Positions 9,697 through 18,691 of a stretch of 64,000 nt of DNA are shown here, in pieces (positions within the stretch are counted from its first letter, which is position 1; each line of letters begins with the position of its first letter). The DNA is taken from positions 752 to 64,751 of the forward strand of contig CAYPYS010000006.1 in assembly GCA_964415355.1 (NCBI GenBank). Reading direction: 5' to 3'. Made by a program: the position numbers and the translations under genes. The stretch is from an uncultured Planctomycetia bacterium (lineage in GTDB: Bacteria > Omnitrophota > Gorgyraeia > Gorgyraeales > Gorgyraeaceae). Below the pieces are notes generated by a model, which saw only the letters and a list, made by a program, of their open reading frames with translations, made no database searches and was not told where the DNA came from.

Positions 9697-10664
9697 TGGA
9701 TATATTAATATTAGGAGGCGCTGGGTTTTTAGGGAGTAATTTGGTCAGGAGGTGCCTAAAGGAGCCCGGGAATAGAGTAACTGTCGTGGACTCTTTGGAT
9801 CCCAGGCTAAAAAGCACGTCTGATAATTTGAGAGAAGTTTTACAGCAGATAGAATTTATCAAAGGTGACATGAGGGATTCTGTATTAATGGGAAGGATTG
9901 TAAAAGGCAAAGATGCTATTTTTAATTGCGCAGGCCAAACCTCCCATCCATTATCGTTGACAGATCCATTTTTTGATGTCGAGGTGAATTGCGCGGGCAA
10001 TCTCACGCTTTTAGAAGCCGTAAGGAAATACAATAAAGAAGTGCCCGTGGTCTATACATCAAGCAGTACTGTTATAGGAAAGACACAGGGAGAGGTTGTG
10101 GATGAGACGCATGGCGAATTTCCGCTGGATATCTATTCAGCCAATAAAGGCGTAGCAGAGAAATATTACCGTATTTATAACCGCGTTTATGATTTAAATA
10201 CGCTGTCGCTTCGCTTTGCCAATCTCTACGGCCCCTATGGGAAAGGTTATCCCGAATTTGGGTTTATAAATTATTTTATTGCGTTGGCAATGGCAGACAA
10301 GGATATAGAGATTTTTGGGGAGGGCAGTCAGAATCGAAATGTCATGTACGTCGAAGACGCTGTGGAGCTCATTTATAGATCTATATCGCATAAGGAGATC
10401 TTCGGCAATGTCTATTTTGCAGTGCACAGGGAACATTATTCTGTTTTGGATATCGCAAGGGAGATCGTCTCTGTCTTTAAGAAAGGGAATATTAGAAAAA
10501 TAGCATGGCCTGATGTACGCAAGAGAATAGAGATAGATAATGTAATAATTTCTGCGGAAAAGCTTTGTTATGATATGAAATTTGAACCGAGATATAATCT
10601 CAAAGAAGGGCTTCTTAAGACAAGAGAGATTTTAGAAAAAAATGCACTAATTGAATCTTCTTAA
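9696..10664 (+). CDS. NAD-dependent epimerase/dehydratase (extended SDR)
   Basis: ILILGGAGFLGSNL; YSANK; GTG start preceded by aaaggag RBS. Confidence 0.65.
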   Translation: MDILILGGAGFLGSNLVRRCLKEPGNRVTVVDSLDPRLKSTSDNLREVLQQIEFIKGDMRDSVLMGRIVKGKDAIFNCAGQTSHPLSLTDPFFDVEVNCAGNLTLLEAVRKYNKEVPVVYTSSSTVIGKTQGEVVDETHGEFPLDIYSANKGVAEKYYRIYNRVYDLNTLSLRFANLYGPYGKGYPEFGFINYFIALAMADKDIEIFGEGSQNRNVMYVEDAVELIYRSISHKEIFGNVYFAVHREHYSVLDIAREIVSVFKKGNIRKIAWPDVRKRIEIDNVIISAEKLCYDMKFEPRYNLKEGLLKTREILEKNALIESS

Positions 10665-10700
10665 GTTTACATTTCAACGTTGTTGAAATGTAAACTTAAG
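10660..10700. repeat. 41-bp palindromic element, copy 3
   Basis: perfect copy; its CTTAAG supplies the TAA stop of the upstream gene. Confidence 0.95.
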
Positions 10701-10727
10701 TCAGAAGCGTAACCAGGGAGGCATTTT

Positions 10728-11681
10728 ATGAATATCTGCGTAACAGGTGCCCTGGGCCATATAGGCTCAGCGCTTATCCGCAATATATCTACGCCATTAA
10801 TCAAGAAGGTATATTTAGTTGATAACTTTTTAACTCAGAGATATGCTTCTTTGTTTAATTTGCCCTACGGGATAAATTATTCCTTTCATGAACTGGATAT
10901 CCTTTCAGAGGACATGGGACCTATTATAGAGGATTCTGATGTCCTAATACATCTTGCAGCTGTTACGAATGCAGAAAAGAGTTTCCATGATTCTGAGCTA
11001 GTTGAAAAGATAAATAAAAAAGGATTGGAAAATGTTGCCAGTCTATGTTCGCAGCATGACTGCGCCTTGGTTTTTCCTTCTTCTACGAGCGTTTATGGTG
11101 TGCAGGAAGGAGTGGTGGATGAGAATTGCAAAGAGAAAGATCTTATGCCTCAAAGCCCATATGCGGAGTCGAAGATTTACGGGGAAAAGCTGTTAGCGCG
11201 ATTGTCCAAAGAAAAAGGCCTGAGATTCGTGATTTTTCGTCTTGCTACGATTTTTGGATATTCTATTGGGATGAGATTTCACACGGCAGTGAATAAATTT
11301 ATATGGCAGGCATCTTTAGGACAGGATATAACAGTGTGGAAAACAGCATTAAACCAGAAGAGGCCGTATTGTGATTTGCAAGATGCTGTTTCAGCATTTA
11401 ATCAAGTGGTCGAAAAAAATATGTTCGACAGAGAAATTTATAATGTAGTTACTATGAATTTGACAGTTGCTGATATAGTAGCCTCTATAAGGCAATATAT
11501 CCCAGAGCTTAAATTTAAATTCGTAGAGTCAGCGATTATGAATCAACTTTCGTATAATGTATCGAATGAGAAATCGATCAAAGCAGGGTTTAAGTACTCA
11601 GGTGATTTGGATGTTAGCATAAAAGAATCGCTTAAACAAATAAAGAACATCAACGCATCCAATCCCAAGATAGATTTATGA
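10728..11681 (+). CDS. NAD-dependent epimerase/dehydratase (SDR family)
   Basis: ICVTGALGHIGSAL; YAESK. Confidence 0.6.
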   Translation: MNICVTGALGHIGSALIRNISTPLIKKVYLVDNFLTQRYASLFNLPYGINYSFHELDILSEDMGPIIEDSDVLIHLAAVTNAEKSFHDSELVEKINKKGLENVASLCSQHDCALVFPSSTSVYGVQEGVVDENCKEKDLMPQSPYAESKIYGEKLLARLSKEKGLRFVIFRLATIFGYSIGMRFHTAVNKFIWQASLGQDITVWKTALNQKRPYCDLQDAVSAFNQVVEKNMFDREIYNVVTMNLTVADIVASIRQYIPELKFKFVESAIMNQLSYNVSNEKSIKAGFKYSGDLDVSIKESLKQIKNINASNPKIDL

Positions 11682-13651
11682 ACAAGAGTCCAAAAGTAGG
11701 CATAGTTATACCCAGTTACGAACGCCTGGAATACCTTAAAGAGGCTGTAGATAGCGCTATAAACCAGACCTATGGAAATCTCGAGATAGTCATAATAGAC
11801 GACAATTCTCCAGATCCGGCTATAAAAGAATATCTGAGTAAGATAGGAGATTCAAACGTCAGGTATTTTATCAATAAGACAAACATTGGCACTACAAGAA
11901 ATTATGATACAGGCGTAAGGCTTTTAGCCCGAGACGTCGAATGGTGCGTGATACTTGATAACGATGATTTTTTGGACAAAGATTTTGTCAAGGAAGCTGT
12001 GGAGTTGCATTTGAAATATCCTAAATCAAAGGTAGTGCATTGCCATCAAGTGTTTATAGATGTTGATAAGAGAAAAATACGAGAGGATTCTGGCTTTGCT
12101 TCTCTTGAGAAGGCAGAGGATTATTTGTTTTCAAGATGCATGGGCCGTCGCGATATAAGATCATCCAGCATCTTTTTTAATACAGAAGAATACAAGAAGG
12201 TGGGGGGGTACCCTATATTTTCCTCAGGCATGTGTACTGATACGGTATTTCCTTTTTCTCTTGCATTCGATAACATGCTGGCTTTTTCCGAAAAGGCATT
12301 GGTATATATAAGAATCCATGATGAGGCAGAATCTCTTACAGCTGACAATATAAAAGGCAAACTCGTGTCTATAAAACAGATGCAGGAATATTGCATGGAT
12401 GTGTATAAGACCAATAATATGGATAATTCTTTTGGAAATAAGGTGAGAACAAAAGTATATTTAAGACGTTACGGCATGTCTTTGACTTATGCCTTGCTTA
12501 TAAGAATGTACAAAGAAACATTGCTTAAAAAGGATAAGAATTCTGCCAAGGCCTATATAAAGGATGTTGTAAATTTCTGCAGAGAGAACGGATTGACTGT
12601 GTCGTCAAGGTTTTTGCTCTTATTCGGTTCCTTCAATTGTTTTAATTTAGATTTAAGCAAGGCAGGTTTTGGCAAGTTTGTCCGTATGCTGGAGGCCGGC
12701 AGAGGTTTCCTGTCAAATAGATATGCTAATCTTAGAAAATATTTGAGCAGAATACAACTTCTATCATTCGTAAAGAGACAATCGATGGTTATTTTAAACA
12801 CTTTAAAAGGCAGATTCGCTTTAGTTGATTTTAAATATTGTCCCTCTTGCGGATGTTATAGTTTATTTTATTGGTGGCGTTATTATGAAGAGATACTTAG
12901 AGAAAGTGTTCCCGAATGGGGAGTCAGCATAGATTATACCGAACAGATGATAAAAAGAGAAAATAAGCTTTGCGCCAATTGTGGTACTGTTTTTAGAATA
13001 CGAGCTCATGCCCAAACAATACTGAAGATATTTGGTTGGAGCAGATTGTCGGGTTTTGTGTCTTTTTTAAGGAATAATCCTTCTTTTGTGGTATACGAAT
13101 CCGCGAATTACAATGTCTTTCGCAATAGAGCATTAAAGCAGCTGGATAATTATATGGTTTCCGAATTTCACCCAGAGTATAGATTCGGACAAGATGCAAA
13201 TGGTGTGAGGAATGAAAATCTCGAGAGATTGACCTTCGAAGATAAACTATTTGATTTAATAATAACCAGTGATGTGCTCGAGCATGTTTCTGATCTGGAT
13301 AAGGCATTGTCTGAAATACACAGGGTTCTTAAGCCAGGTGGTTATCATATCTTTACAGTACCCGTAGATTCTTCTTTGATCAGAACAAGACAAAGGGCAT
13401 TGGTAGGTACGGATGGAAAACTGAATCATCTTTTACCTCCCGTGATACACGGAGACGATATCAGGGACGGTATACTGGCTTATAGAGATTTTGGTACTGA
13501 TATAAATAAAATAATGGAAACATATGGATTTACATGTGAAGAAAATAGATATTTTATAAACAAAAAACATATTGTCTCTATTTACATAGCACAGAAGATC
13601 AGCGCAGGTGTATTTTTACAGGCAGCTTCAAAAAGACGCTCGGCCAGGTAA
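11678..13651 (+). CDS. bifunctional GT2 glycosyltransferase / class I SAM-dependent methyltransferase
   Basis: N-terminus VGIVIPSYERLEYLKEAVDSAINQTY...IIDDNS (GT2); C-terminus DLIITSDVLEHVSDLDKALSEIHRVLKPGG (Methyltransf_11-like). Confidence 0.6.
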   Translation: MNKSPKVGIVIPSYERLEYLKEAVDSAINQTYGNLEIVIIDDNSPDPAIKEYLSKIGDSNVRYFINKTNIGTTRNYDTGVRLLARDVEWCVILDNDDFLDKDFVKEAVELHLKYPKSKVVHCHQVFIDVDKRKIREDSGFASLEKAEDYLFSRCMGRRDIRSSSIFFNTEEYKKVGGYPIFSSGMCTDTVFPFSLAFDNMLAFSEKALVYIRIHDEAESLTADNIKGKLVSIKQMQEYCMDVYKTNNMDNSFGNKVRTKVYLRRYGMSLTYALLIRMYKETLLKKDKNSAKAYIKDVVNFCRENGLTVSSRFLLLFGSFNCFNLDLSKAGFGKFVRMLEAGRGFLSNRYANLRKYLSRIQLLSFVKRQSMVILNTLKGRFALVDFKYCPSCGCYSLFYWWRYYEEILRESVPEWGVSIDYTEQMIKRENKLCANCGTVFRIRAHAQTILKIFGWSRLSGFVSFLRNNPSFVVYESANYNVFRNRALKQLDNYMVSEFHPEYRFGQDANGVRNENLERLTFEDKLFDLIITSDVLEHVSDLDKALSEIHRVLKPGGYHIFTVPVDSSLIRTRQRALVGTDGKLNHLLPPVIHGDDIRDGILAYRDFGTDINKIMETYGFTCEENRYFINKKHIVSIYIAQKISAGVFLQAASKRRSAR

Positions 13652-13685
13652 GTAGTTTAAAGATGTGGGCCTCGCTTCGTTTATT

Positions 13686-14711
13686 ATGAAGATTCTTTAC
13701 GATAATACTATTTTTAATCTACAGAGATACGGCGGCATATCAAGGTATTTTACCGAGATCATAAGACGCATAGAGGAAGACAAAGATGTAGGCGTAAGCC
13801 TATTTAAAGGTATGGATATCTTGCCTTATAGATTTTTGAATCTCAATAATCCATTTCTAAATCACAAGCTATCTAATCCCAAATGCGATATATATCATCC
13901 TACTTATTATTCATCCATGGTTAAAAGGAGAAAAGGTGTTAAGACGATAGTTACAGTCTACGATATGATACATGAATTATATTTATCTAAGATAGATGAC
14001 CTTAATAAAGACCTGGAGGTCAAAAGAAAGTCTATTCATAATGCAGATCATATAATTTGCATTTCGGAAAAGACAAAGCAGGACCTCCAGGAGATATATA
14101 AGATAAAGGACGATAGCGTATCAGTAGTTTACTTTGGATCGTATGTAGATAGCTTGAAGCAGGAAGGGGAGGGATTCAGACAGCCAGACAAACCATATAT
14201 ATTCTATGTAGGAAAGAGGTCGCACTATAAGAATTTTAGAGTACTGGTTCAGGCTTTTAACTCGTTGGGACTAAAGAAAAAATTTGATCTTATTTGTTCT
14301 GGAGGAGGGCCTTTTTCAAAGCAAGAATTATCAGAGTTTAGAAGAATGAAATTAGAAGACTCGATAAAATATGTTGCAGGCCCAAATGAATTTCTATATC
14401 TATATTACAAAAACGCAGTTTTTTTAGTATACCCCTCGCTTTATGAAGGATTTGGACTGCCTATCCTTGAAGCAATGGGTAATGATTGTGCTGTTATTGC
14501 CGCTAACGCAGGGTCTATTCCCGAAGTTGCAGGTGATTCAGCATTGCTTTTTTCTCCTGAGGACGTGGACGAGCTGTGTCATTGCATGAAAACATTCTTA
14601 AACAATGATTCTGTTAGGAATGATTATATAAAGAGAGGGAAAGAAAGGGTCAAATTATTTTCTTGGGATAAAACAGCGAAGGATACTCTCGAGGTATACA
14701 AGAAGTCTTAA
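13686..14711 (+). CDS. glycosyltransferase GT4 (paralog A)
   Basis: C-terminal YPSLYEGFGLPILEAMGNDCAVIA motif; start chosen by alignment with paralog (MKILYDNT); alternative GTG at 13665. Confidence 0.55.
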   Translation: MKILYDNTIFNLQRYGGISRYFTEIIRRIEEDKDVGVSLFKGMDILPYRFLNLNNPFLNHKLSNPKCDIYHPTYYSSMVKRRKGVKTIVTVYDMIHELYLSKIDDLNKDLEVKRKSIHNADHIICISEKTKQDLQEIYKIKDDSVSVVYFGSYVDSLKQEGEGFRQPDKPYIFYVGKRSHYKNFRVLVQAFNSLGLKKKFDLICSGGGPFSKQELSEFRRMKLEDSIKYVAGPNEFLYLYYKNAVFLVYPSLYEGFGLPILEAMGNDCAVIAANAGSIPEVAGDSALLFSPEDVDELCHCMKTFLNNDSVRNDYIKRGKERVKLFSWDKTAKDTLEVYKKS

Positions 14712-14747
14712 GTTTACATTTCAACGTTGTTGAAATGTAAACTTAAG
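14707..14747. repeat. 41-bp palindromic element, copy 4
   Basis: perfect copy between the two GT4 paralogs; provides TAA stop of upstream gene. Confidence 0.95.
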
Positions 14748-14758
14748 CTGTGAGATAT

Positions 14759-15778
14759 ATGAGGATACTTTACGATAATACAATATTTGCCCTGCAGAGA
14801 TACGGTGGCGTATCGCGTTATTTTAATGAGATCATCGATCATATGCAAAAGCGAAACGATATCGAAGCGCGCGTATTTAAAAGGGTAAACTGGAAATTCA
14901 CAAAGTTCAATGATCTGATAATGGATGCTATTCTTAGATCAAATAGATATGAGATATATCATCCTACTTACTATTGTTCTGCGGTTAAAAAGAGGAAAGG
15001 TATCAAGACTTTTGTCACGGTCTATGATATGATCCATGAAATCTATTCGGCGAGATTCCCGGAACTTGATGATGGGATTGAGATAAAGAGATCTTCTATT
15101 TTGAACGCGGAACATATAATTTGTATTTCTAATGCTACCAAGAAAGACTTGAAAGAAATATATAAAATAGAGGACAGGCGCATATCAGTTATTTATTTAG
15201 GGATTTCTTTGAATAATGCCGGTAAAGATTTTAATAAACTACCCAAACCTTATCTCTTGTATGTAGGGAGGAGATCTTCTTATAAGAATTTTAATGCCCT
15301 CCTAGAGGCTTTTCACGCGTTGGATCTCAAAAAAGATTTTGATCTTATATGCTTTGGAGGAGGCATGTTTTCGGAAGAAGAATTGACGAAATTTAAAAAG
15401 TTAGGACTCGAGGATTCTATAAAATACGCAGAAGGTGTTGACGAAGAATTAAGCGCTTATTATAAAAATGCTCACATCTTTATATGCCCATCTATTTACG
15501 AAGGCTTCGGGTTGCCTGTTTTAGAGGCTATGGGTAATGACTGCATGGTCATTGCTTCTAACGGAGGCTCTATCCCTGAGATAGCAGGTGATGCCGCGAT
15601 GTTTTTTTCTCCCGACAAGATCGATGAGTTATGTTCTTGCCTGAAGCAGGTTATAAATAATGATCGTCTTAGGCAGGAATATATAGATAGAGGCAGGAAA
15701 AGAGTTAAATTGTTCTCGTGGGCCAGAACAACCCAGGAGACATATGATATATATAAAAAGGTATTAGATGACAAATAA
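14759..15778 (+). CDS. glycosyltransferase GT4 (paralog B)
   Basis: MRILYDNTIFALQRYGG... CPSIYEGFGLPVLEAMGNDCMVIA; clear tandem duplicate of 13686..14711. Confidence 0.55.
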   Translation: MRILYDNTIFALQRYGGVSRYFNEIIDHMQKRNDIEARVFKRVNWKFTKFNDLIMDAILRSNRYEIYHPTYYCSAVKKRKGIKTFVTVYDMIHEIYSARFPELDDGIEIKRSSILNAEHIICISNATKKDLKEIYKIEDRRISVIYLGISLNNAGKDFNKLPKPYLLYVGRRSSYKNFNALLEAFHALDLKKDFDLICFGGGMFSEEELTKFKKLGLEDSIKYAEGVDEELSAYYKNAHIFICPSIYEGFGLPVLEAMGNDCMVIASNGGSIPEIAGDAAMFFSPDKIDELCSCLKQVINNDRLRQEYIDRGRKRVKLFSWARTTQETYDIYKKVLDDK

Positions 15779-16514
15779 ACCACTAATAAGCGTTGTAACT
15801 GCTTGCTTGAATTCAACGAATGTGCTTGAGCGAACGATTCAGAGCACCTTGAGTCAGGACTATTCCAATATAGAATATATTTTAGTGGACGGAGGCTCTG
15901 ATGATGGCACTGTGGATATTATTCGTAAATACGAAAACCGTATTTCTCGCTGGATAAGTGAAAAGGATAAAGGGATTTCAGATGCATTCAATAAAGGACT
16001 TTCTTTATCAAGAGGGGATTGGGTGGCATTTTTAAACGCAGGCGATGAATATCACGGACAGGACTCTATTTCGCGATTGATGTCTGCCTCAAACGGATAC
16101 GATATTGTATTCGGCGGATTGAAACATATCAAGATCAATAGGCCGCCTAGTTATTACGACCCTATGAAAGTCGATGGAGATGCTTACTGGCTTAGGAGGT
16201 CCATACCTCATCAATCTTCTATAGTGTCAAGAAAGGTGTTTGATAATATAGGAGATTTTGATATTAATTTGAAATACGCAATGGATTATGAACATTTTTT
16301 AAGGGCATATAGAAAAGGATACAGGTTTTTTGCGATTATGGATATTATTACAGACGTGAGAGTCGGAGGAGTCAGTAGCGTTTACTGGAAAGAACAACTC
16401 AAGGAATTCAAATTATCGCAAGAGAGGCATAATGTATTGCCTTTTCTTCGTGCCTTTTATTATTGGAAAAGATATTTAAAACAACTTTATTATAATAAGC
16501 TGGATTTGCTGTGA
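15768..16514 (+). CDS. glycosyltransferase GT2
   Basis: ISVVTACLNSTNVLERTIQS...YILVDGGSDDGT. Confidence 0.7.
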   Translation: MTNKPLISVVTACLNSTNVLERTIQSTLSQDYSNIEYILVDGGSDDGTVDIIRKYENRISRWISEKDKGISDAFNKGLSLSRGDWVAFLNAGDEYHGQDSISRLMSASNGYDIVFGGLKHIKINRPPSYYDPMKVDGDAYWLRRSIPHQSSIVSRKVFDNIGDFDINLKYAMDYEHFLRAYRKGYRFFAIMDIITDVRVGGVSSVYWKEQLKEFKLSQERHNVLPFLRAFYYWKRYLKQLYYNKLDLL

Positions 16515-17653
16515 AAGATATAAATATTCTTCATATAATAGAGAGTTTGGGGCCAGGAGGAGCAGAGCGCTTAATGACGTCTACTTTGCGCTACCTGGAT
16601 AGAGATAGGTTCAGGAGCGTTATTGCATATCTATATGATGAAGATCATTTTTCGGATGATCTTTTGGGAATGAGCTTCAATGTGTATAAGTTGCATGCGA
16701 AAAACATCTATCAGGCACCTAAGATAATAAAAAGCCTTTTAAAAATCATAAGAGATGAAAAGATCGACATGATACATACGCATTTATTTGGAGCCAGTAT
16801 CTACGGCAGATTATCCGGATGGCTATCCAGAGTTTCGAGCATAGTAACGACGTTGCATAATCCGGATTACAGCCCGTATTTTACATTTCGCAACAAGTTT
16901 TCGTTTGAAAGAAGAAGGTTTTTGGATAGGTTGAGTGGAAATTTATTCAATGATTCCTTTATTGCGGTCTCAGAGGCAGTAAAGGAATCTGCCGAGCGAT
17001 TTTTAGGTTTTAAGGATATAAAGGTGATGTATAATTCCATAGATCCTGATGAGTTCGAGCCTTTGAGTGATAAAGAAAGGAGCGAAGAGAGAAAAAGACT
17101 TGGTATTCCAGATGGCTGCATTGCATTGGTTATAGTGGGCAGACTAGATCCACAAAAGGGCCATACTTTTTTATTTCGAGCGCTTAATGATGATAGATTG
17201 AAAGGTCGGGATATAAAGTTGTTTGTGGCGGGCAAGGGACAACTTGAGAATGAACTCAGAAGAGAAGTCGAAGCGCTGGGATTGCAGGATAAAATAGTAT
17301 TCCTTGGGAGCACAAAAGATGTAAGAGGCACAATAGGTTGCTGTGACATATTTATATTACCTTCTGTATACGAGGGTTTTGGCATAGCTTTGCTTGAGGC
17401 AATGGCGTTAAAGATACCGTGTATTGCTTCATATGTAGATGGCGTTAAGGAGATTGTTGTAGACAAAAAAGAGGGATTGTTAGTTGAGCCTTGTTCTCCT
17501 CAATCTATAACAGAAGCAATAGTACATCTTATAGAAAATCCAGACAAGAGATCAAATATGGTTGAAGCAGGGTATTCAAAGGTCATAAAAGATTTTAATA
17601 TCAAGAAACAGGTTAGGTTGTTGGAAGACGTTTATTCGCATGTCTTAAGATAA
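16511..17653 (+). CDS. glycosyltransferase GT4
   Basis: PSVYEGFGIALLEAMALKIPCIAS; GTG start overlapping upstream stop. Confidence 0.7.
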   Translation: MKDINILHIIESLGPGGAERLMTSTLRYLDRDRFRSVIAYLYDEDHFSDDLLGMSFNVYKLHAKNIYQAPKIIKSLLKIIRDEKIDMIHTHLFGASIYGRLSGWLSRVSSIVTTLHNPDYSPYFTFRNKFSFERRRFLDRLSGNLFNDSFIAVSEAVKESAERFLGFKDIKVMYNSIDPDEFEPLSDKERSEERKRLGIPDGCIALVIVGRLDPQKGHTFLFRALNDDRLKGRDIKLFVAGKGQLENELRREVEALGLQDKIVFLGSTKDVRGTIGCCDIFILPSVYEGFGIALLEAMALKIPCIASYVDGVKEIVVDKKEGLLVEPCSPQSITEAIVHLIENPDKRSNMVEAGYSKVIKDFNIKKQVRLLEDVYSHVLR

Positions 17654-17656
17654 GTG

Positions 17657-17697
17657 CTTAAGTTTACATTTCAACAACGTTAAAGTGTAAACTTAAG
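17657..17697. repeat. 41-bp palindromic element, copy 5 (AAC-loop orientation, 2 arm changes)
   Basis: cttaagtttacatttcaacaacgttaaagtgtaaacttaag. Confidence 0.9.
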
Positions 17698-17708
17698 CAA
17701 GAGTATAT

Positions 17709-18641
17709 ATGTTACATGATAATATAAAGTGTCTGGTCTGTGATTCCAAGAATTCAAGAGAGTCTATTTATCCGGGTTATTTGTATAAAGATAAAAAATA
17801 TAAGAAGTATCAATGCAAGAGATGCTCTTTTATTTTTATTGATCCCATACCTGATAAAGGTGAAGTAAGAGAAATATATAATAACCATGCTTACTTTGAC
17901 GATTATTTTGTGCCAAATGCCAAAGGGTGTGGATATTTAGATTCTCAGGAGGCTGCTTTCGGCAATGCCGAAAAGACATTGGATAAAATAAAATTATATT
18001 CAACCGGGACTAGGTTGCTTGAGATAGGTTGTGCCGGAGGGTTTTTTCTTAGGGCAGCAAAGAAGTCTGGTTTTGAGGTTACCGGAATAGAAATCAATAA
18101 AGAAATGGTAGAGATCGCCCGTAAAGAATTAGGAGACAAGGTTATTCACGGCGATATCATGGATCTAGAACTCAGGGATGCAAGATTCGATATTGTTTGC
18201 ATGGGCGATGTCTTTGAGCATCTAATCGACATATCTAAAATCACAGGACGTATTAAGGATATTTTAACGGATAGAGGGATTTTATTAATAGAGGGCCCTG
18301 TAGCATATTATAAAACTTTATACAATTTTCTTCTGAAATTGAAATTTTTCTTAAAGAGAAGATGTTACAGTACGAATCCGCCTACACATCTTTGGGAATT
18401 TACGCCTGGGAATCTTAGATTATTTCTGGAGAGACATGGTTTTAAGGTGTTGTATATGGAGCTATGGGAAAGTTCTGCACCTGATAGAAAAGTATTTTTC
18501 AAACAAGACAAGCATGTTTTTTTGAAATCAATTGCCTGGTATATAAAGGCACTCTCTGGTTGTATATCAAATAGCTGGTTTGGCAGGATAATGGGACTAG
18601 GAGACAGGGTAATCATAATAGCATCAAAATCAACTTTTTAA
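17709..18641 (+). CDS. class I SAM-dependent methyltransferase with N-terminal zinc ribbon
   Basis: CLVCDS...CKRCSF; LLEIGCAGGFFL; FDIVCMGDVFEHL. Confidence 0.6.
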   Translation: MLHDNIKCLVCDSKNSRESIYPGYLYKDKKYKKYQCKRCSFIFIDPIPDKGEVREIYNNHAYFDDYFVPNAKGCGYLDSQEAAFGNAEKTLDKIKLYSTGTRLLEIGCAGGFFLRAAKKSGFEVTGIEINKEMVEIARKELGDKVIHGDIMDLELRDARFDIVCMGDVFEHLIDISKITGRIKDILTDRGILLIEGPVAYYKTLYNFLLKLKFFLKRRCYSTNPPTHLWEFTPGNLRLFLERHGFKVLYMELWESSAPDRKVFFKQDKHVFLKSIAWYIKALSGCISNSWFGRIMGLGDRVIIIASKSTF

Positions 18642-18677
18642 GTTTACATTTTAACGTTGTTGAAATGTAAACTTAAG
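18637..18677. repeat. 41-bp palindromic element, copy 6 (C>T variant)
   Basis: tttaagtttacattttaacgttgttgaaatgtaaacttaag. Confidence 0.9.
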
Positions 18678-18691
18678 GGGATATAGGGAAT

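Noticed and set aside
16867-17466. Minus-strand ORFs of 100-200 aa (for example 16867..17466, 45221..45631, 46403..46972, 50522..51136, 53582..54109)
   Set aside because: All lie antisense within + strand genes that have clear family signatures. They have low-complexity Ser/Leu-rich translations and are shadow ORFs.
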